NCBI GenBank assembly: GCA_009914755.4
Contig: CP068257.2
Location: forward strand, 20,768,001 to 20,832,000
Length of the DNA: 64,000 nucleotides
Origin: the human T2T-CHM13v2.0 reference genome, Homo sapiens
Direction: 5' to 3'
Positions 61,210-64,000 of this stretch are shown in pieces (the stretch's first letter is position 1; every line of letters begins with the position of its first letter). The translations under genes and the position numbers were made by a program. The notes beneath the pieces are model-generated. The model saw nothing but the letters and a program-made list of their open reading frames with translations, did no database searches and was not told where the DNA came from.

Positions 61210-64000
61210 TCAACTTTAGGACATTCTGGAAAAGGCAAAGCTATGAAGGCAGTAAAAAGATCAGTGATTGCCAAGGGTGGGGAGGGAGAAAGGTATGAAC
61301 AGGTGGAGCACAAAGGATTTGGGGGCAGTTAAAAAAAAAAAACAAACTACGTGTGCTGCTATATAGGTAGATACATGTCACTATATTTTGTCCCAATCCA
61401 TAGAATGTATACCAAGAGTGAACCCTAATATCAACCATGATTTTGAGTGATTATGGTGTGTCAATATAAGTTCCTCAATTGTGACAAATGTACCATGCTG
61501 ATGGAAGATGTTGATAATGTGGGAGCCATGCATATGTGGAGTCAGTGTATATATATGGGACATTTCTGCACCTTCATCCCAATTTTTCTGTGAACTTCAA
61601 ACTGCTCCAAAAAAAGTTATCAAAACAAAGAAGAAATGTACTAAGAAACAGAAGAAACACAGAGAAGACAAATAATAAAATATCTCAGATCTCTCAAAAC
61701 TAAGATGTAAAGAACAAAGTACTTGACAGTTTTTAAAAATGAGAACATGAAAAAATACATAAAAAGTTGTTTTTCACTGAGGAAGATAGCAAGTGAGCAT
61801 AGGAAAATATGTTTCACATCGATAGCTATTAAATCAACAGAAATAAAAAACAGATGTCAATACTCACTTTTCACAATGGCCTAAAAATTGCGATGACATC
61901 AAAAACTGATGAGGATGTGATGTAACTGTATCACTCATTCATTTCTGGTGAAATTGGAAAATAGTAAAGATACTCTAGAAAATTATGTAGCAGTTTCTTT
62001 TAAAACTAAAAATACATCTGTCCACATGACCTAGCAATAGCAGTCATGGACATTTATTACCAAAAAATAAAATTATGTTCACATAAAAGCTGAATACAAA
62101 TATTTATAGCAGCCAGAATTTGTAATAGCCAGAATTTGGGAATAATACGTGTATCTCTTAATGGGTAAATGAAACAAACTCTGATGCATTCGTGTCGTGC
62201 AATAGTACTCAGCACTAAAAATAAACAAATCATTAATAAATTTTACACGTATATCAACAAAGCTCTGCTGTGTGGGAAAAAAAAGCCAGTATTAAAATGT
62301 CACATGCTGTGTGATTCTATTTATATAACATTCATTTAAAAAAAAAAGTTGCTAGTGGTTGGGGTGGGGGCAGGAGGTTAAGGATGACTGGCTATGAAAG
62401 GGTAGCATGAGGGTATCTGGAGATGATGGAAAACTTCTGTACGTTAATTTTGGTGGTATTTTCCACCATTTTCTTCTTTCCAGCACAGTTCATGGCACAA
62501 ATGAGATAGGCATCCAAAATATATTTGTTGAAATGACAGTTCTATGTACTAGTTCTTTATCTGTTTCAAACTAGTCTAATACATATTCAGTGGCTAGTAT
62601 ATAAAGTAAACACCTATTGCAACATCATGGCATATTTTGCACACCAAGATATAAACACCAAGCTATTTACTTACATAGAGAAAGGTTCCTTGCTGCTCTG
62701 CTTATACAGAAGAAAAAAAGAAAACCATAATGATATTCAAGGAATTATCTAATGTGCTGTACATACTTTGCAATACAAATTGAGTACATTGTTTTCCCTA
62801 AAAATGCAACCTCAAGCAGAAACCTTAACAGAGCATTTACATTATTGAATCCTTGTTATTAACAAATAAAACATGTATTCATTCACTGAAGCTGTAAGAT
62901 ACCACCTCTAATTTATTATTTAACTCATTTAAGTAAAAAGTGTACTATATATACATACATACACACATATGTACAGTCTCAGTAACACTAATTGGAATTC
63001 CAAATGTATCTATCTGTCCATAAATATAAATATGAAAATAAATATATTAAGTATTAACTGAATGTACCCAGTTATATCATTAAAGATTATTTAATGGGAA
63101 AAAATTAGAGCCAGTAATTTTTGAGAAAGAGGCTGTATCTCAAAAACCCTGCAGAAAAAACATGAAGTTAACCTAAATGTCCAGGCATGCTATGCAATTT
63201 AACATTATGACACTTCAAAAATGACGGATAGAAGCTTATATAGTATAAAGGGGCTGCAATGGTTAATTTTTTTTTGTCAGCCTGGTTGAGCTATGATGCT
63301 CTGATATTGGATCAAGCATCATTCTGGATGATTCTATGAAGTTGTTTTTTTGATAAGACTATCATTTACATCAGTGCACTTTGAGTAAAGCAGATTGCCC
63401 TTCATAATGTGAGTGGGCTTTATCTAAATAATTGAAAATCTTAATAGAACAAAGACTGACCTTTTCCAAGTGAGGATAAATTCAGCCAGCTGACTGCTTT
63501 TGAACACAACTGCAACTCTTTCCTAAGTCTCTGCCCTGCTTAATTTTGGCCTTAACCAAGCTTTCACAATTACATGAGCCAATTCTTTGAAATAAATATG
63601 CCTCTGTATACACATTCTTTGGTTCTGTTTCTCTAGAGCACCTTTTGACTAACTAATCCAGGGACTTAAGAGTAAACTGGTTACATGTGTAGACAAGGCT
63701 GTTAGAAAACTATAGCCAAGTTGTGTTCCAACAGAGAGATCAACATTCTAAATCACCTTAGCACCTGCTAACATCATAGCTGACATCATTTTCAGGTTTC
63801 TCATTATCATATCGGAGTGTCGGTGGAATTTGACTAAATATATTGTGTTTAAAAAATATTGAATTCATGTAAACTATGTGGGTAAATATATAGAAGTATT
63901 TGAAATTCAAACATAAAATTATAAAGACAATCAAACTAATGAGCATTGCTAATTACTAAATTTGGTTTTATTGCAAATATGAGTTGAGGCCCCTTTGATT

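Overview
This window is human (primate) nuclear DNA: AT-rich, gene-poor and densely packed with interspersed repeats. It is not a prokaryotic or accessory-element locus. I recognise about 20 Alu elements (full, partial and monomer-like, several with intact target-site duplications) and several LINE-1 fragments. The youngest L1 is a 1.2 kb L1PA-type 3' end at 36.1-37.3 kb; the rest are older L1M/L1P pieces. There are two solo THE1-family (MaLR) LTRs, several other MaLR/ERV LTR fragments, two copies of a roughly 350 bp palindromic MITE-like DNA transposon, and many microsatellites and minisatellites. The largest simple repeat is a 440 bp (TTCC)n/12-mer compound repeat at 40.25-40.69 kb. The only gene-derived feature I can support is an intronless, disabled retrocopy of MAPK6 (ERK3) on the minus strand at about 23.8-27.3 kb. 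It keeps a contiguous match to essentially the full protein and has a 3'UTR, an AATAAA signal and a degraded poly(A) tail, and it carries multiple in-frame stops and frameshifts. I find no intact protein-coding gene, rRNA, tRNA, CRISPR array or operon-like organisation, and no evidence for a novel biological system. All long ORFs in the supplied six-frame track are explained by the MAPK6 pseudogene, L1 ORF2 remnants, Alu/LTR read-through or low-complexity repeats. The structurally most interesting observations are two inverted-repeat architectures. One is a 750 bp palindrome-like element at 8.56-9.31 kb with an AT-rich core. The other is a roughly 430 bp inverted duplication at 97-98% identity whose arms lie 2.1 kb apart, at 45.5 and 48.0 kb. 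A tail-to-tail pair of Alu fragments at about 57.0 kb is also unusual. Coordinates are from manual reading and may be off by a few bp. Family names come from memory of consensus sequences; I ran no database search.
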